Of a DNA stretch of 57,446 bases, positions 9,452 to 20,325 are shown in pieces; position 1 is the first letter of the stretch; each line of letters begins with the position of its first letter. Position numbers and translations under genes: made by a program. The DNA is from a virus (Duplodnaviria; Caudoviricetes): IMG/VR virus record IMGVR_UViG_3300035139_000059, positions 1-57,446 of that record; one strand, 5' to 3'. A model generated the notes under the pieces. The model saw only the letters and a program-made list of their open reading frames with translations, ran no database searches and was not told the origin of the DNA.

Positions 9452-9515
9452 AGGATTTTTATAATGAATAAAGACAAATTCAAATTAAACAAATGTAAAA
9501 ATTGCAAAAAAAAGA

Positions 9516-10886
9516 GTGGAGAGAATGAAACTAAATTTTCTAGAAAGATATTTCTCAAAAAGAGCAATAGCAAAATTAGAAAAACAAAGTAAAGTTTCTG
9601 GGGCAATCGTAACTGGTATTCCTGGAGGTGTAGTATGGCCTATTAGGGATTATGAAAATTTTGCTAAAGAAACATATATGAAAAATTATATTGCTTATAG
9701 ATGTATTGATTATATAGCAAAATCGGTTAGCTCTGTAAAATGGAAATTATATAAAAATATAAATGAAACTGAAAGAGAAGTTGTGCAGGATCATTTTTTG
9801 AATAAAATTTTAAGCAGGGCAAATCCTAGAGAATCTTTTATATGTTTAGTTTATAATCATATTTCGTATCTTTGTATGTCAGGAAATGCATTTCTTGAAA
9901 AAGTTGGGCCAACTGAAGGCACAAATAAAGGAGAAATAAAAGAGTTATATGCGTTAAGACCAGACAGAATGAAAATAAATACAGATGAAAATTCAGGTGA
10001 AATTTTAGGTTATACATATTCAGTCAATGGGAGAGATATTAAATTCGAAGTTGATCCGATGACTGGAGATTGCGAAATTTTGCACATGAAATTATTTAAC
10101 CCTTTAGATGATTTTTACGGAATGGCGCCCACTGAACCTGCTGCAATTTCTATCGATTCGCACAATAGCAGCTCAATGTGGAATAAAAGATTATTAGAAA
10201 ATGAAGCACGGCCAGGTGCGGTCTTTATGTTTGAAAAAACATTACAAGATAAACAATATGACAGATTAAGACGGCAGATAGAAGAACATAGAGAAGGCCC
10301 CGAAAACGCTGGAAAAAGTTTAATTATAGAAGGCGGGAAAGACGTCAAGCCTTATGGGTTTTCTCCTACGGAAATGGATTGGATTCAGTCTAATTTAGAA
10401 CTTGCAAGAGCTACCTGTATTGTTTGGGGTGTGCCGCCTCAACTTATAGGAATACCGGATACTAGCACTTATGCAAATTTTCAAGAAGCTAGGCTAGCTT
10501 TTTGGGAAGAAACTAATTTTTTCTATCTTAATTTTCTTAAAGACGAGTTTAATTATTGGTTTTTCCCTAATAATAAAGAAAAATTATTTTTGGATTATAT
10601 ATTAGACGATGTCCCTGCATTAGCAATTAAACGTGATAAATTATGGGCAAGAGCACAAAGCAGTTCTTTTATTTCAGAAAATGAAAAAAGAGAAATGGTT
10701 GGATATGAAAAAACAGAATACGGCGATGTAATACTAGTTCCTGCTTCTATGATTCCGTTAGGTGAAAGTAACGATGAAGAGGACAAAACAGAAAAAGAAA
10801 TGCAGGACGAAGAAGATAAAGCTATAGAGGATTTAAAGAAACAAGGTTATACTGACGAAGAGGCAAAAGAGTTAATAAATGATTGA
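9516..10886 (+). CDS. Portal protein, HK97 family (start may be ATG 9525)
   Basis: AYRCIDYIA, NP, GNAF, LYALRPDR, ILHMK..YGMAP, VWGVPPQLIG, YANFQE and ENEKREMVG. Confidence 0.93.
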   Translation: MERMKLNFLERYFSKRAIAKLEKQSKVSGAIVTGIPGGVVWPIRDYENFAKETYMKNYIAYRCIDYIAKSVSSVKWKLYKNINETEREVVQDHFLNKILSRANPRESFICLVYNHISYLCMSGNAFLEKVGPTEGTNKGEIKELYALRPDRMKINTDENSGEILGYTYSVNGRDIKFEVDPMTGDCEILHMKLFNPLDDFYGMAPTEPAAISIDSHNSSSMWNKRLLENEARPGAVFMFEKTLQDKQYDRLRRQIEEHREGPENAGKSLIIEGGKDVKPYGFSPTEMDWIQSNLELARATCIVWGVPPQLIGIPDTSTYANFQEARLAFWEETNFFYLNFLKDEFNYWFFPNNKEKLFLDYILDDVPALAIKRDKLWARAQSSSFISENEKREMVGYEKTEYGDVILVPASMIPLGESNDEEDKTEKEMQDEEDKAIEDLKKQGYTDEEAKELIND

Positions 10887-11661
10887 TGTTGAAGGCAAAA
10901 TAAAAAAAGAAAGATTAAGAGCTTCTCTACAAAGAAGATGGACTGTTTTGCAGAACAAATTTGAAAAAGAATTAAGAACAGTTATAAGAAGTCAGTATTA
11001 TGCGGCTGCCAGAAATGTTGATGCATACGAATTAGATTTTTATTATACATTGGAACAATACAATAAAAGATTAAGGAATATATTTAGAAAATATTATAAA
11101 ATAATAGCAGTAGAATTTGGCGAAAAGATGTTAGAAGAAACACAAAAAAGTTTTATTAGATATGAACAAAAAGGCCTTATTGATGATTTTTGGCGTTTTG
11201 TGATCGGATGGATTGCTACACAAGTTGGCAATAAAATAAGAATAGTTCAAAGAACCACAAGGCTTGCGATACAAAGAATTGTCAAAAAAGGCATAGAAGA
11301 AGGCAAAATAAATAGTGAAATAGCAAAACAGATTCGCACGACAAGTAGCATCATAGCGCCTTTTAGAGCGAAACGTATAGCAAGAACAGAAACGCATACA
11401 ACTGTTAATTATGCTATGACTGAGGCGATGGGTCAAACTGGATTAATTCAGGAAAAAGAATGGCTTAGCGCAAAAGATGATCGCACAAGACATGGAAAAT
11501 TTGATCATGTTGGCGCAAACGGCGAAAGAGTTGCTTTGGATGACACTTTTAAAAGAACAGGAGAAAATCTTGAATACCCTGGCGATCCTGACGGATCAGT
11601 AGGCAATATCGTGAATTGTAGATGTATTTCTTTATTCCATACGAAAAGAAAGGTAGCATGA
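10879..11661 (+). CDS. Minor head morphogenesis protein (SPP1 gp7 / Mu gpF-like)
   Basis: RAKRIARTET, KEWLSAKDDRTR..H and YPGDP..VNCRC. Confidence 0.9.
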   Translation: MIDVEGKIKKERLRASLQRRWTVLQNKFEKELRTVIRSQYYAAARNVDAYELDFYYTLEQYNKRLRNIFRKYYKIIAVEFGEKMLEETQKSFIRYEQKGLIDDFWRFVIGWIATQVGNKIRIVQRTTRLAIQRIVKKGIEEGKINSEIAKQIRTTSSIIAPFRAKRIARTETHTTVNYAMTEAMGQTGLIQEKEWLSAKDDRTRHGKFDHVGANGERVALDDTFKRTGENLEYPGDPDGSVGNIVNCRCISLFHTKRKVA

Positions 11662-11662
11662 C

Positions 11663-12094
11663 ATGAAAAAAGTAATAATTAAAATATTAGATTTTATACA
11701 AGAAATCAATTTATGGCTTATTGTATTTCTTATTATAACTAATATAATTACTGGGTTTTTTACATATTTATATTTTACAAGGAAACCTGACTTAAAAATT
11801 AAGATAGTTGAAAAAACTAAAATTGCATATAAGACGATATATAGAGATTACAATAAAATAACCAAAGATGATTGTATAAAAGAATTACAAAAATATGACA
11901 TTAGTGAGCCTAAATTAGATGGTTATATGGAAAATAAAAATATATTTTTTGCTGAAGCAGGTTTAAATGATCGCACCTGGAACAGAAGATTTAAATTAAA
12001 AGTGAATGAATCTAATAATTGGAAATATTATGTTGGTGCTGGAGTAATTGGTGCTAGTGCAGGAGGTTTTATTATTTATAATATATTAAAATGA
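11663..12094 (+). CDS. Membrane-anchored protein (possible lysis accessory)
   Basis: N-terminal TM helix and a C-terminal GxxxG-rich hydrophobic segment. AT-rich insert within the head operon. Confidence 0.55.
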   Translation: MKKVIIKILDFIQEINLWLIVFLIITNIITGFFTYLYFTRKPDLKIKIVEKTKIAYKTIYRDYNKITKDDCIKELQKYDISEPKLDGYMENKNIFFAEAGLNDRTWNRRFKLKVNESNNWKYYVGAGVIGASAGGFIIYNILK

Positions 12095-12387
12095 AACCTT
12101 TAATAGCAAATAAAATAATAAATAATAGAGTATATATAAAAATGAGTTTTTTAAATAAAATTAAAAAAATATTAAAAATTTTTTATGAAAAAGTAATAAA
12201 GAGTTTTTTCTGTAATAGTAACGATGTTTTTATGCCTATTTATTTTTGGGTTACATTTTTAATGTTGGCTATTACTGTAGATTTATATAAGAAAATTTTT
12301 ACGAATAAATTTGCTGTTCCTGATTTACTTTCTTGTTTGTCTTTAGTAGGCGGGTTATTACTTTTTTATAAAAAATCTAAAAAATGA
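12091..12387 (+). CDS. Small two-TM protein (holin candidate)
   Basis: Two hydrophobic segments and a basic C-terminus (KKSKK). The function is inferred only. Confidence 0.45.
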   Translation: MKPLIANKIINNRVYIKMSFLNKIKKILKIFYEKVIKSFFCNSNDVFMPIYFWVTFLMLAITVDLYKKIFTNKFAVPDLLSCLSLVGGLLLFYKKSKK

Positions 12388-12396
12388 GGTGGCGTT

Positions 12397-13086
12397 GTGG
12401 GTAAAGAATATTTAGATATACCATTTGAAATAAAAAGTGACACTATTGGAGAGGATGGAACTTTTGAAGGATACGGCTCTATGTTCGGCGGGGAACCTGA
12501 CTCCTATGGAGATATAGTTGTAAAAGGTGCTTTTAAATCATCTTTAAAACAAGGCGGTAGGAATAAAAATGGCATAGCACTCTTATGGCAGCATGATTAT
12601 AAACAGCCTATCGGAACTTGGCTTATAATAAAAGAAGATGAAATTGGCTTATATGTAAAAGGCAAACTAACTAGAGGTGTTACAAAAGCAGAAGACGCTC
12701 TTTTACTTTTAAGAGATGACGCAATTAAAGGATTATCTATTGGTTATGAAGTAGAAGATTACGAGATAATAAAGGACAAAAAAACAAATAAAAATATACG
12801 TTATTTAAAGAGAATAAATTTGTGGGAAGTATCGCTTGTAACATTTCCTGCTTTAGTTCGGGCGCAGGTTACAGGTGTTAAAGCTATAGAAAATGCAAAA
12901 ACCGAAAGAGAACTTGAAACAGCCTTGCGTGATGCAGGCTTAAGTCGCAAAGAGTCTTTAATTATTGTAAATAGATGCAAACCTTATCTGAGAGGGATTA
13001 AGGTACAAAAAAATATGTTAAATAATATTCTATATCTGTTGAGAGATATGAATAAACAATTTGAAAATTTTGAAGCTGACAAATAG
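12397..13086 (+). CDS. HK97-family prohead protease
   Basis: FEGYGS, GDIVVKGAF, LLWQHD..PIG, GLSIGY and LWEVSLVTFPA. Confidence 0.93.
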   Translation: MGKEYLDIPFEIKSDTIGEDGTFEGYGSMFGGEPDSYGDIVVKGAFKSSLKQGGRNKNGIALLWQHDYKQPIGTWLIIKEDEIGLYVKGKLTRGVTKAEDALLLLRDDAIKGLSIGYEVEDYEIIKDKKTNKNIRYLKRINLWEVSLVTFPALVRAQVTGVKAIENAKTERELETALRDAGLSRKESLIIVNRCKPYLRGIKVQKNMLNNILYLLRDMNKQFENFEADK

Positions 13087-13099
13087 GAGGTTATAGAAT

Positions 13100-14530
13100 A
13101 TGGCGAATGAATTTGATATAAATAATTCGAATGAACCAGAAGTTGTAAAATCCGTTTTGAACGAATTAAAAACTTATGGAGAAAATTCTAAAAAGAATTA
13201 TGAAGAATTAAGAAAAAATCATGAAGAGTTAAAAGCTACTGTAGAAAATGGATTAAAAGATACATTATCTGTTGAGAAGTTTAATAAATTAGCTGAAGAT
13301 ATTACTACAAGGCAACAAGCTCTTGATGAAAAACAAATAAAAAAAGAACAAGAGCAAAAATTAGCGGCTGAAAGAATTGATGCATTAGAAGTTGCGTTTA
13401 AACGTCCAGGTCGCAGTAATTTAAAAGATACCGACGAATTATATAAAGAAGCTAGAGAATTTAAAATTGCGGCTCTTTCAGCATGTCGTAAAAATGATTC
13501 TGGCGTTTCTTTTGATGAAATGGAGAAATTAGAAAAGGAACAAATTAATATTGAAGATTACAAGGCATACATGAAAGCATTTGATGCTTATGTTCGACGT
13601 TATGGTGGTGCACGTGATTATAGAATGCCCGATACACAGCATAAAGCATTGCAGGTTGGAATTGAGCCTGACGGTGGGATAACTGTTCCTACAGCAACAA
13701 GTAATAGAATAACTCAAATTCTCTATGAAACAGACCCTATTAGACAATTGGCTTCTACAGAATCTATCACAACAGGGAAAATCGAATGGATGGCAGAATG
13801 GGATCAAGCAGGTTTTGAATGGGAAGGCGAAATTACAGGCGAAACTACTATTACAGGTGAAACTTCAACTCCAAGCTGGAAAAAAAGATCAATTTCTGTA
13901 CACACAATGGCAGCAAGACCTAGAGCGACACAGACACTACTGGAAGATTCGGGTATAAATATTGAGTCGTGGCTTGCTAATAAAATAGCTGATAGGTTTA
14001 GTCGTGGTGAAGCAGCAGCTTTTGTGAGCGGGGATGGTATAGGTAAACCAAGAGGTTTTTTGACTTATGACAATGGGACAAGTTTTGGTCAAATTGAACA
14101 AGTTGCTATGGGCGCAGCAGCAGCAATTACCGCAGATGGATTTGCACGGATTAAATATAGTTTAAAAGAACAATTTTTAAATCGTGGTACATGGCTGATG
14201 AATAGATCAACTGTTTTAGCGGCAATGTTGCTTAAAGATGGTACAGGCAATTATATTTGGAAACCAGGCTTAACAACAGATAATGCGCAAAGCAATATTT
14301 TAAATCTGCCTGTCAGAATGTCTACAACAATGCCGGAAGTAGCTGCCGGGGCATTGTCAATCGCTCTTGCAGATTGGAAACAAGCTTATCTAATTATTGA
14401 TAGATTAGGGATTACTATACAAAGAGACCCTTATACCCAAAAACCTTTCGTAGAGTTTTATACTCGTAAAAGAGTTGGCGGTGATGTCGATAACTGGGAA
14501 GCAATCAAACTTGGCGTAATTTCGGCATAA
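13100..14530 (+). CDS. Major capsid protein, HK97 fold
   Basis: Coiled-coil delta domain, DGGITVP, LLEDS, FVSGDG.GKPRG, LKDGTGNYIW and RVGG. Confidence 0.95.
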   Translation: MANEFDINNSNEPEVVKSVLNELKTYGENSKKNYEELRKNHEELKATVENGLKDTLSVEKFNKLAEDITTRQQALDEKQIKKEQEQKLAAERIDALEVAFKRPGRSNLKDTDELYKEAREFKIAALSACRKNDSGVSFDEMEKLEKEQINIEDYKAYMKAFDAYVRRYGGARDYRMPDTQHKALQVGIEPDGGITVPTATSNRITQILYETDPIRQLASTESITTGKIEWMAEWDQAGFEWEGEITGETTITGETSTPSWKKRSISVHTMAARPRATQTLLEDSGINIESWLANKIADRFSRGEAAAFVSGDGIGKPRGFLTYDNGTSFGQIEQVAMGAAAAITADGFARIKYSLKEQFLNRGTWLMNRSTVLAAMLLKDGTGNYIWKPGLTTDNAQSNILNLPVRMSTTMPEVAAGALSIALADWKQAYLIIDRLGITIQRDPYTQKPFVEFYTRKRVGGDVDNWEAIKLGVISA

Positions 14531-14541
14531 GGAGGTAAGAA

Positions 14542-15054
14542 ATGAGTAACGTTAAAAGAGATAATTATTCAGATTTAAAATTTTTTCAAGCTTTAGTCCC
14601 TCAGGACGTAGCAGCAGGTGCAGCGACTAATGGTTTGACTATAGATACACGTGGATATGACGCTTGTACATTTGTTATTAATTTAGGTGCAATGACAGGC
14701 GGCGGTGCATTATCTGCTGATAATAGGTGGCAACTTAAATTAGAGCATGGATTAGAATCTGCTGCGGGTGTTTCTGCATGGTCAGAATGCTACCCATCAC
14801 AAATGATACACTCGGTATTAGGAATGGCGGGCGCTTATTCAACATTGAATTCAGGAATTTTTCAAAGCATTGCATCAACTACTGATATTTCAGCAGGAAC
14901 AGGCAAAATTTTCTTTATAGGATATAAAGGCCCACGGAGATATGTTCGTATTGCAATATCTGAAGTAGGTGCGCCTTCAACTATTTCTGCGGCGGCAGTT
15001 GCGGTATTGGGCGGTGCAAATGTATGGCCTGTTAACGAACCAGCAGGAGACTAA
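14542..15054 (+). CDS. Capsid-associated (decoration-like) protein
   Basis: Directly after the MCP, with IDTRGYD..GYKGPRRYVR, a pattern common in post-capsid genes. Ala/Ser/Gly-rich. Confidence 0.6.
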   Translation: MSNVKRDNYSDLKFFQALVPQDVAAGAATNGLTIDTRGYDACTFVINLGAMTGGGALSADNRWQLKLEHGLESAAGVSAWSECYPSQMIHSVLGMAGAYSTLNSGIFQSIASTTDISAGTGKIFFIGYKGPRRYVRIAISEVGAPSTISAAAVAVLGGANVWPVNEPAGD

Positions 15055-15066
15055 TAGGAGGTAATT

Positions 15067-15579
15067 ATGTCAAAAAGTGATAGCACGTATCAGAACACAA
15101 AAGTTCAATTACCTCAAGGCGCGGATAAGCTTTCAATTGATTCTGACGGATATTTAGATTTTTTTGGTACTACAGTTACTGGGGATACTTTAAAAAAATT
15201 ACTCTCCAGTAACCAGGCACAGACTATAGTTAGGGCTTCTAATACTGTATTATCAAGCCCTAACCTACCTCAAAATGGATTTGTATTTTTGAGATTATCA
15301 GAAACAGGCAGCAACTTGTCGGCATGGCTGCCGGCTTGTTCGGCTGGCGATGAATTGGTAATTGCTATACAAAATTTTTTGGTAGAAAGTGTTTTATCAG
15401 TAAAAATATCAACATCAGCTTGTAGTATTGTAGGATTGCAATTTAGTGATGTATCTAATATTGGCCTGCATACTTCAAACGGAAGTGCTGGTATTTTGAA
15501 ATTAAAATGTTTTACAGATGATGAATGGACTGTAGTTGGTGGCGATCAATCTAAATTTGCTGAAAGATCAATATCATAA
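15067..15579 (+). CDS. Hypothetical virion (decoration-like) protein, Ser-rich
   Basis: Strong GGAGG RBS, head-module position and beta-rich composition. Confidence 0.55.
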   Translation: MSKSDSTYQNTKVQLPQGADKLSIDSDGYLDFFGTTVTGDTLKKLLSSNQAQTIVRASNTVLSSPNLPQNGFVFLRLSETGSNLSAWLPACSAGDELVIAIQNFLVESVLSVKISTSACSIVGLQFSDVSNIGLHTSNGSAGILKLKCFTDDEWTVVGGDQSKFAERSIS

Positions 15580-15588
15580 GGAAGAACT

Positions 15589-15867
15589 ATGGAAGTTAAA
15601 ATTACACAAAATATTAGAGGCGCTCCGAACGGGTATAAAGTTGAAAGTTATTTAAAAGATACAATTGTTGATTTGCCAGAAAAATTAGCAAAAGTATTTT
15701 TAGAAATGAAGGTGGCTGAAATGATTAGTGTTCCTGAAAACAAAATGGAAGAGATTAAAGAAGAAATCAAAAAAGAAAAAAAAAGTAAAGCTAAAAAAGA
15801 TGAAAAAGTTAAAGATTTTGACAAAACGATTAAAGAAGAGGACAAAAAATTTAATTTTTTTAAGTAG
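15589..15867 (+). CDS. Hypothetical head-module protein with a charged tail
   Basis: Typical small gene preceding head-tail connectors. Confidence 0.55.
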   Translation: MEVKITQNIRGAPNGYKVESYLKDTIVDLPEKLAKVFLEMKVAEMISVPENKMEEIKEEIKKEKKSKAKKDEKVKDFDKTIKEEDKKFNFFK

Positions 15868-15875
15868 GTATTTAA

Positions 15876-16472
15876 ATGATTATTCCTAAAAAATTGGATA
15901 AAGATGGACATATGGTTTGGAAAGTGACAATAAATCCACTTGTGGAACCTGTTACATTAGAAGAAATTAAATTATTTGCTCGCATAGATGGCGATACTGA
16001 AAATTCTTTGTTAAACAGTTTAATAGTTTCTGCAAGAATTTTAACGGAAAATTATTTAAATAGAGCTTTAATAGAACAAACGATAACGGCAAGAATGGAT
16101 TATTGGCCTGGGGATGAAGTTGTACTCCCCAGACCACCTCTTCTTTCCGTTATATCTATTCAAACTTTAGATGAAAACGATACGGCAAGTACTTATAGTA
16201 GTGATAATTATTTTCTTGATTCTTATAATGAGCCCGGAAAGGTTATTATTAAAGATGGAGTTGAACCTCCTCAAAATACAGAAAGATATCAAGGCGGATT
16301 TCAAATTATTTATAAAGCGGGGTATGGTGATTCTGCGGCTGATGTCCCTGAAACAATTAAGACATGTATTAAACAATTAATTACGCAGATGTATGAAAAT
16401 AGAGCAGTCTTTGAAGAACCACCGACTGAAATAAAAGGAATATTGGATTCTTATAGGATAGATCAAATATGA
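15876..16472 (+). CDS. Head-tail connector (HK97 gp6 / phiE125 gp8-like)
   Basis: EPVTLEEIKLFARID..LIVSAR..E.YLNRALI.QT, YKAGYG..VPE.IK..MYENR. Confidence 0.88.
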   Translation: MIIPKKLDKDGHMVWKVTINPLVEPVTLEEIKLFARIDGDTENSLLNSLIVSARILTENYLNRALIEQTITARMDYWPGDEVVLPRPPLLSVISIQTLDENDTASTYSSDNYFLDSYNEPGKVIIKDGVEPPQNTERYQGGFQIIYKAGYGDSAADVPETIKTCIKQLITQMYENRAVFEEPPTEIKGILDSYRIDQI

Positions 16473-16930
16473 AATTAGCTTATAAATTAAAACATAGAAT
16501 ACAGATTAAAAAAGCAATTCAAACACCTAACGCTGAAGGAGGCTTTGACAGAGATTATGAGACATTAACAACAATTTGGGCTGCAATAAAAAATTCTAGT
16601 TTAAGCCGCAGTTTGAAATATATACGTGGTGAAGCGTTATCTGAGGGCGGGTCTGGGTCAAAAGATTTGCCTACACATATATGTACTATACGAAAAGTTG
16701 CTATAGAAAATTTTGGCAAACGAATGACTAAGGGTTTTAGTGTTGGCTTTGATTCAATTGAAGATTTAATGCCTTTAAAATCAGATTATTTCATTTTTTT
16801 GCAAAAAGGTTCTACAGTAAAAGGACGATTATTTGAAATTTTAAGAATATTGCGTGATGAAAACAACGATGAGTATATCAAATTTGAAATTAGAGAACGT
16901 GAAGAACAAGGAACAGGTTGGCCGGAATGA
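16469..16930 (+). CDS. Head closure / head-tail adaptor protein
   Basis: LKHRIQI..GG..TIWAAI and synteny. Carries a GFSVGFD insert. Confidence 0.75.
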   Translation: MKLAYKLKHRIQIKKAIQTPNAEGGFDRDYETLTTIWAAIKNSSLSRSLKYIRGEALSEGGSGSKDLPTHICTIRKVAIENFGKRMTKGFSVGFDSIEDLMPLKSDYFIFLQKGSTVKGRLFEILRILRDENNDEYIKFEIREREEQGTGWPE

Positions 16931-17436
16931 AAAATTATTACAGAATAAGGACAAAAAATTTAAAAGAATTGGCTAGAAAATTTACATCTATACCTCGCCA
17001 GTTTATTTTAGAAGGTTTGGCATATCATTATCGAATAAATAAAGTTCTTTTTAACGCAGGAAACGATATGAGAAATTATGTAATTAAAGAAATGCGCAAT
17101 ACTAAAAGGGCGCCTTATTCTTATATCGTGACTAAACAAGGCGGGAGACACTTCCCATCTGTTCCCTGGAAATTTCCCGCAGTCCAGACCGGACAAGCAA
17201 TAAGTGGGATAGCTTTTGAGACTAGAATAACATCTGAAAAAATTTGCCTTGAATTTGGTGCATTAAAAAAAAGAGCACCTTATTTAAAACATTTGGAATT
17301 AGGTACAAAAGATATGCAGCCTCGGCCCTGGTTAAAACCGACTATTAAGAAATTTGGGCAGGATATATTTAAAAATATAAAATCATCATCAACTGAAAAT
17401 ATAGTTAATTTTATGAAGCAGGGATTTATGTCATGA
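16927..17436 (+). CDS. HK97 gp10-like neck/tail-completion protein (ORF track start 16918)
   Basis: PAVQTG..YLKHLELGTKDMQPRPWLKP motif. Confidence 0.75.
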   Translation: MKNYYRIRTKNLKELARKFTSIPRQFILEGLAYHYRINKVLFNAGNDMRNYVIKEMRNTKRAPYSYIVTKQGGRHFPSVPWKFPAVQTGQAISGIAFETRITSEKICLEFGALKKRAPYLKHLELGTKDMQPRPWLKPTIKKFGQDIFKNIKSSSTENIVNFMKQGFMS

Positions 17437-18167
17437 GAATTGCACCTATTATACAAAGAATTAAAGAAGCCAATACAAGATTTGGTAATTATGTAGCAGG
17501 CTCTGCTGAAATGGACATTGCAATAAGAAATACTCTTAGAAAAGATATAGCTTTTGTTGTACCTATTGAAGAAAGTTGTCCGGCAAATAATACTGATAGT
17601 GCAATTCAACAAAAAATAACAGAAAAGTTTTCTATAATAGTGGCGATTGCAAATGATACTTCAGATAAAGATAAAACTGGATTTTTAGCATATGATAAAT
17701 TGCATAAAGTCAGATCAGAATTATTTCGTAGTATTGTAGGTTGGCAAATAAAAAATGCAGAAAGTATCATTTATTATACAGGTGGAAAGTTTCTTACGAT
17801 TCAAAATGATTATCTTTGGTGGCAATATGATTTCGAATATACAATTAGATTGGAAGAATTCGATGGATTTATAGATATTTCGGGACAAAGTGCACCGCAA
17901 CTTACCGATGAGGTTATTGAGGAATCAACAGGCGAATTTTACGAAAAAAGTCAAATATCACAGCTTGATGATTTTAATTATATATCAAGCGAATATATTA
18001 TGTGGCCTTCGGCAAATTTGCCCTGGTCTGGGGATATACCGATAGATGATACTGATATTACTGATATGAAAACGTGGATAGATTTAACTGATGACCCTGA
18101 TGCTGGTGGTTTTGGACGGGGTTTCGGGGAAGGTTTTGATTTTTATAAAATTTTAAATAGAAAATAA
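17433..18167 (+). CDS. Tail terminator-like protein
   Basis: Position before the sheath and AFVVP..R.ELF..IVGW..LWWQYDF. The acidic C-terminal extension ends in GFGRGFGEGF. Confidence 0.65.
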   Translation: MRIAPIIQRIKEANTRFGNYVAGSAEMDIAIRNTLRKDIAFVVPIEESCPANNTDSAIQQKITEKFSIIVAIANDTSDKDKTGFLAYDKLHKVRSELFRSIVGWQIKNAESIIYYTGGKFLTIQNDYLWWQYDFEYTIRLEEFDGFIDISGQSAPQLTDEVIEESTGEFYEKSQISQLDDFNYISSEYIMWPSANLPWSGDIPIDDTDITDMKTWIDLTDDPDAGGFGRGFGEGFDFYKILNRK

Positions 18168-18178
18168 GAGGTGGAGAA

Positions 18179-18421
18179 ATGGATAACGAATATAAAATAG
18201 TTAAACCAAAATCTGGAATGACTGTCAGGTTTCCTAGAACTTATGGGATTTTGCCTGATGAAGGCGCAAAAGTTCCTTGGACAGGGCCAGATGGGCGCTA
18301 TTGGAGACGTAGAGTAACGTGTAAAGATGTACAAATTATAAAAAAAATAGAATCTGCAAAAGAAGAAAAATTAAAGAAAAAAGATTCTTTTTTTGAAAAA
18401 AATGACGGAGGTTACAGATAA
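18179..18421 (+). CDS. DUF2635 / Mu gp38-like small tail protein
   Basis: VKPKSG..VR.P..LPDEG..V..YWRRR..DV directly before the sheath. Confidence 0.8.
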   Translation: MDNEYKIVKPKSGMTVRFPRTYGILPDEGAKVPWTGPDGRYWRRRVTCKDVQIIKKIESAKEEKLKKKDSFFEKNDGGYR

Positions 18422-19920
18422 TGGCAATATCTTTTAATAATATACCTGACACGATTCGGACACCCGGTTCGTATACAGAAGTTGACAATAGTAGAGCTTT
18501 ACAAGGGTTGGTGCAAAATCCGCATAAAGCTTTAATAATAGGACAAAAAACATCTTCCGGGTCTGCCGGAATTGAAATTTTAAAAAAAATTACAACAAAC
18601 GGTCTGGCAGATGGTTTTTTTGGTGTAGGTTCTATTTTAGCAAGGATGTGTAATACTTTTAAGGATAATAATCCTAACACGGAATTACATGCAATCGCAC
18701 TTAGTAACGACGGAGGCGTGAAAGCTACAGGATTAATTAAATTTGATTCTGCATATTCGGCGACTGCAAATACTACATATTATTTAATGATAAATGGTGA
18801 AAAATGCTATACAACTATTACATCAGCATGGAGTGTAACTGATGTGACATCAGCTATTGTAGACAAGATTAATTCTGCTGATAATTTGCCTGTGACTGCA
18901 ACAGCTTCAGCATCGGCAGCAGGCAGTAATCATGTCGCTTTAACTGCAAAAATTTCAGGAACTTTGGGTAATTATATTGATGTTAGAGCAAATTATTATA
19001 CAGGTCAAAGCAATCCTGATGGTTGGAGTGTAAATGGCGTTGTATACGATTCTATGGCAGGCGGTTCGGTTGATCCTGATCTTGGGGATGCCTGGGCAGT
19101 TATCGATGGTGAGCAATACCATTATATTGTACAGCCTTACATCGATTCATCCAATTTAGGTGCAATTGAAAATGAGCTAGAAGATAGATTTGGCCCACTT
19201 GAAGGATTACAAGGACATGGATTTACAGCCGTGCGTGGAACACAGGCAAGTTGTACTACTTTAGGGAATAGTAGAAATAGCCCTTATAATACAATAATGG
19301 GCGCTTATGATAGTCCGACTGGGCCTGACGAATGGGCAGCAGCATTGGGCGCTGTAGCAGGCTGGTATTTGAACAATGATCCCGCAAGACCTTTGTACGG
19401 ATTGCAATTAAAAGGAGTTTTGGCCCCACCTGTGGCTAGTAGGTTTAACAGAGCCGAACGAGATATTTTATTATATGACGGTATCGCAACATGGATTACA
19501 GATACTAGCGATAATGTGCTACTCGAAAGGATTATTACTACTTATCAAACTAATGCTTTAGGTGTCACCGATCCTAGTTATTTAGATATTAATACAATGG
19601 CGACATTAAGCGAAATTAGATATCAATACAAAGCAAGAATGTTAAATAGGTTTATTACTCAAAGATTTAAACTTGCAGATGATACGTTTCCTGTTCAGCC
19701 TGGCAGTTATGTTGCAACACCTAAAACAGTTAAACAAGAAATTATCGCATTATTTGCTGAATTGCAATCAATAGGACTTATAGAAAATTTAGAAGATTTT
19801 AAAAATAACTTAATAGTTGAAAGAAACGCAACTGATAAAACAAGAGTGGACGTACTTTTGCCTCCTGATCTTGTTAATCAGTTTAATATTCTTGCAACAG
19901 TTATACAATTTATTTTATAG
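18421..19920 (+). CDS. Contractile tail sheath, Mu gpL-like
   Basis: ISFNNIP..RTPG.Y.EVDNS, FG.GS.LARM, DPARPL, ERIITTYQ, D.SYLD and RVDVLLPPDLVNQ. Confidence 0.93.
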   Translation: MAISFNNIPDTIRTPGSYTEVDNSRALQGLVQNPHKALIIGQKTSSGSAGIEILKKITTNGLADGFFGVGSILARMCNTFKDNNPNTELHAIALSNDGGVKATGLIKFDSAYSATANTTYYLMINGEKCYTTITSAWSVTDVTSAIVDKINSADNLPVTATASASAAGSNHVALTAKISGTLGNYIDVRANYYTGQSNPDGWSVNGVVYDSMAGGSVDPDLGDAWAVIDGEQYHYIVQPYIDSSNLGAIENELEDRFGPLEGLQGHGFTAVRGTQASCTTLGNSRNSPYNTIMGAYDSPTGPDEWAAALGAVAGWYLNNDPARPLYGLQLKGVLAPPVASRFNRAERDILLYDGIATWITDTSDNVLLERIITTYQTNALGVTDPSYLDINTMATLSEIRYQYKARMLNRFITQRFKLADDTFPVQPGSYVATPKTVKQEIIALFAELQSIGLIENLEDFKNNLIVERNATDKTRVDVLLPPDLVNQFNILATVIQFIL

Positions 19921-19929
19921 GAGGTTAAA

Positions 19930-20325
19930 ATGGCAAGAATTACTGGACGGATAGAAGTTGTTTTAAATGGTAATTTGCTTTTAAATAAAGCTGGTGCCGA
20001 GGCTTCAGGTTTAGGCCTTAGTGGTGAGCCTAATTTTGAACTTAAAGAAGTTGTAGGCGACACTGGATTACATGGTTTCGTTGAAGAACCTGTAATGGCA
20101 CAATGCGATGTAACTGTATCTGATAGAGACGATATCAGCCTAGATACTATTGCAAGAATACGTGAAAATGGAACAGTTATATTTAGATCAGCAGGAGGAG
20201 GCAAAGTTTACACGATGAATCAAGCCACTTGTAAAAGAAATTTTACTTTAACAGGTGGCGAAGGAGAAACAAAATTAATTTTCGTAGGCCCTAACTGGAT
20301 AGAGTCTACAGAGGCGGTTAGTTAG
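19930..20325 (+). CDS. Tail tube protein, Mu gpM-like
   Basis: Follows the sheath, with VVGDTGLHGFVEEP..and GKVY. Confidence 0.8.
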   Translation: MARITGRIEVVLNGNLLLNKAGAEASGLGLSGEPNFELKEVVGDTGLHGFVEEPVMAQCDVTVSDRDDISLDTIARIRENGTVIFRSAGGGKVYTMNQATCKRNFTLTGGEGETKLIFVGPNWIESTEAVS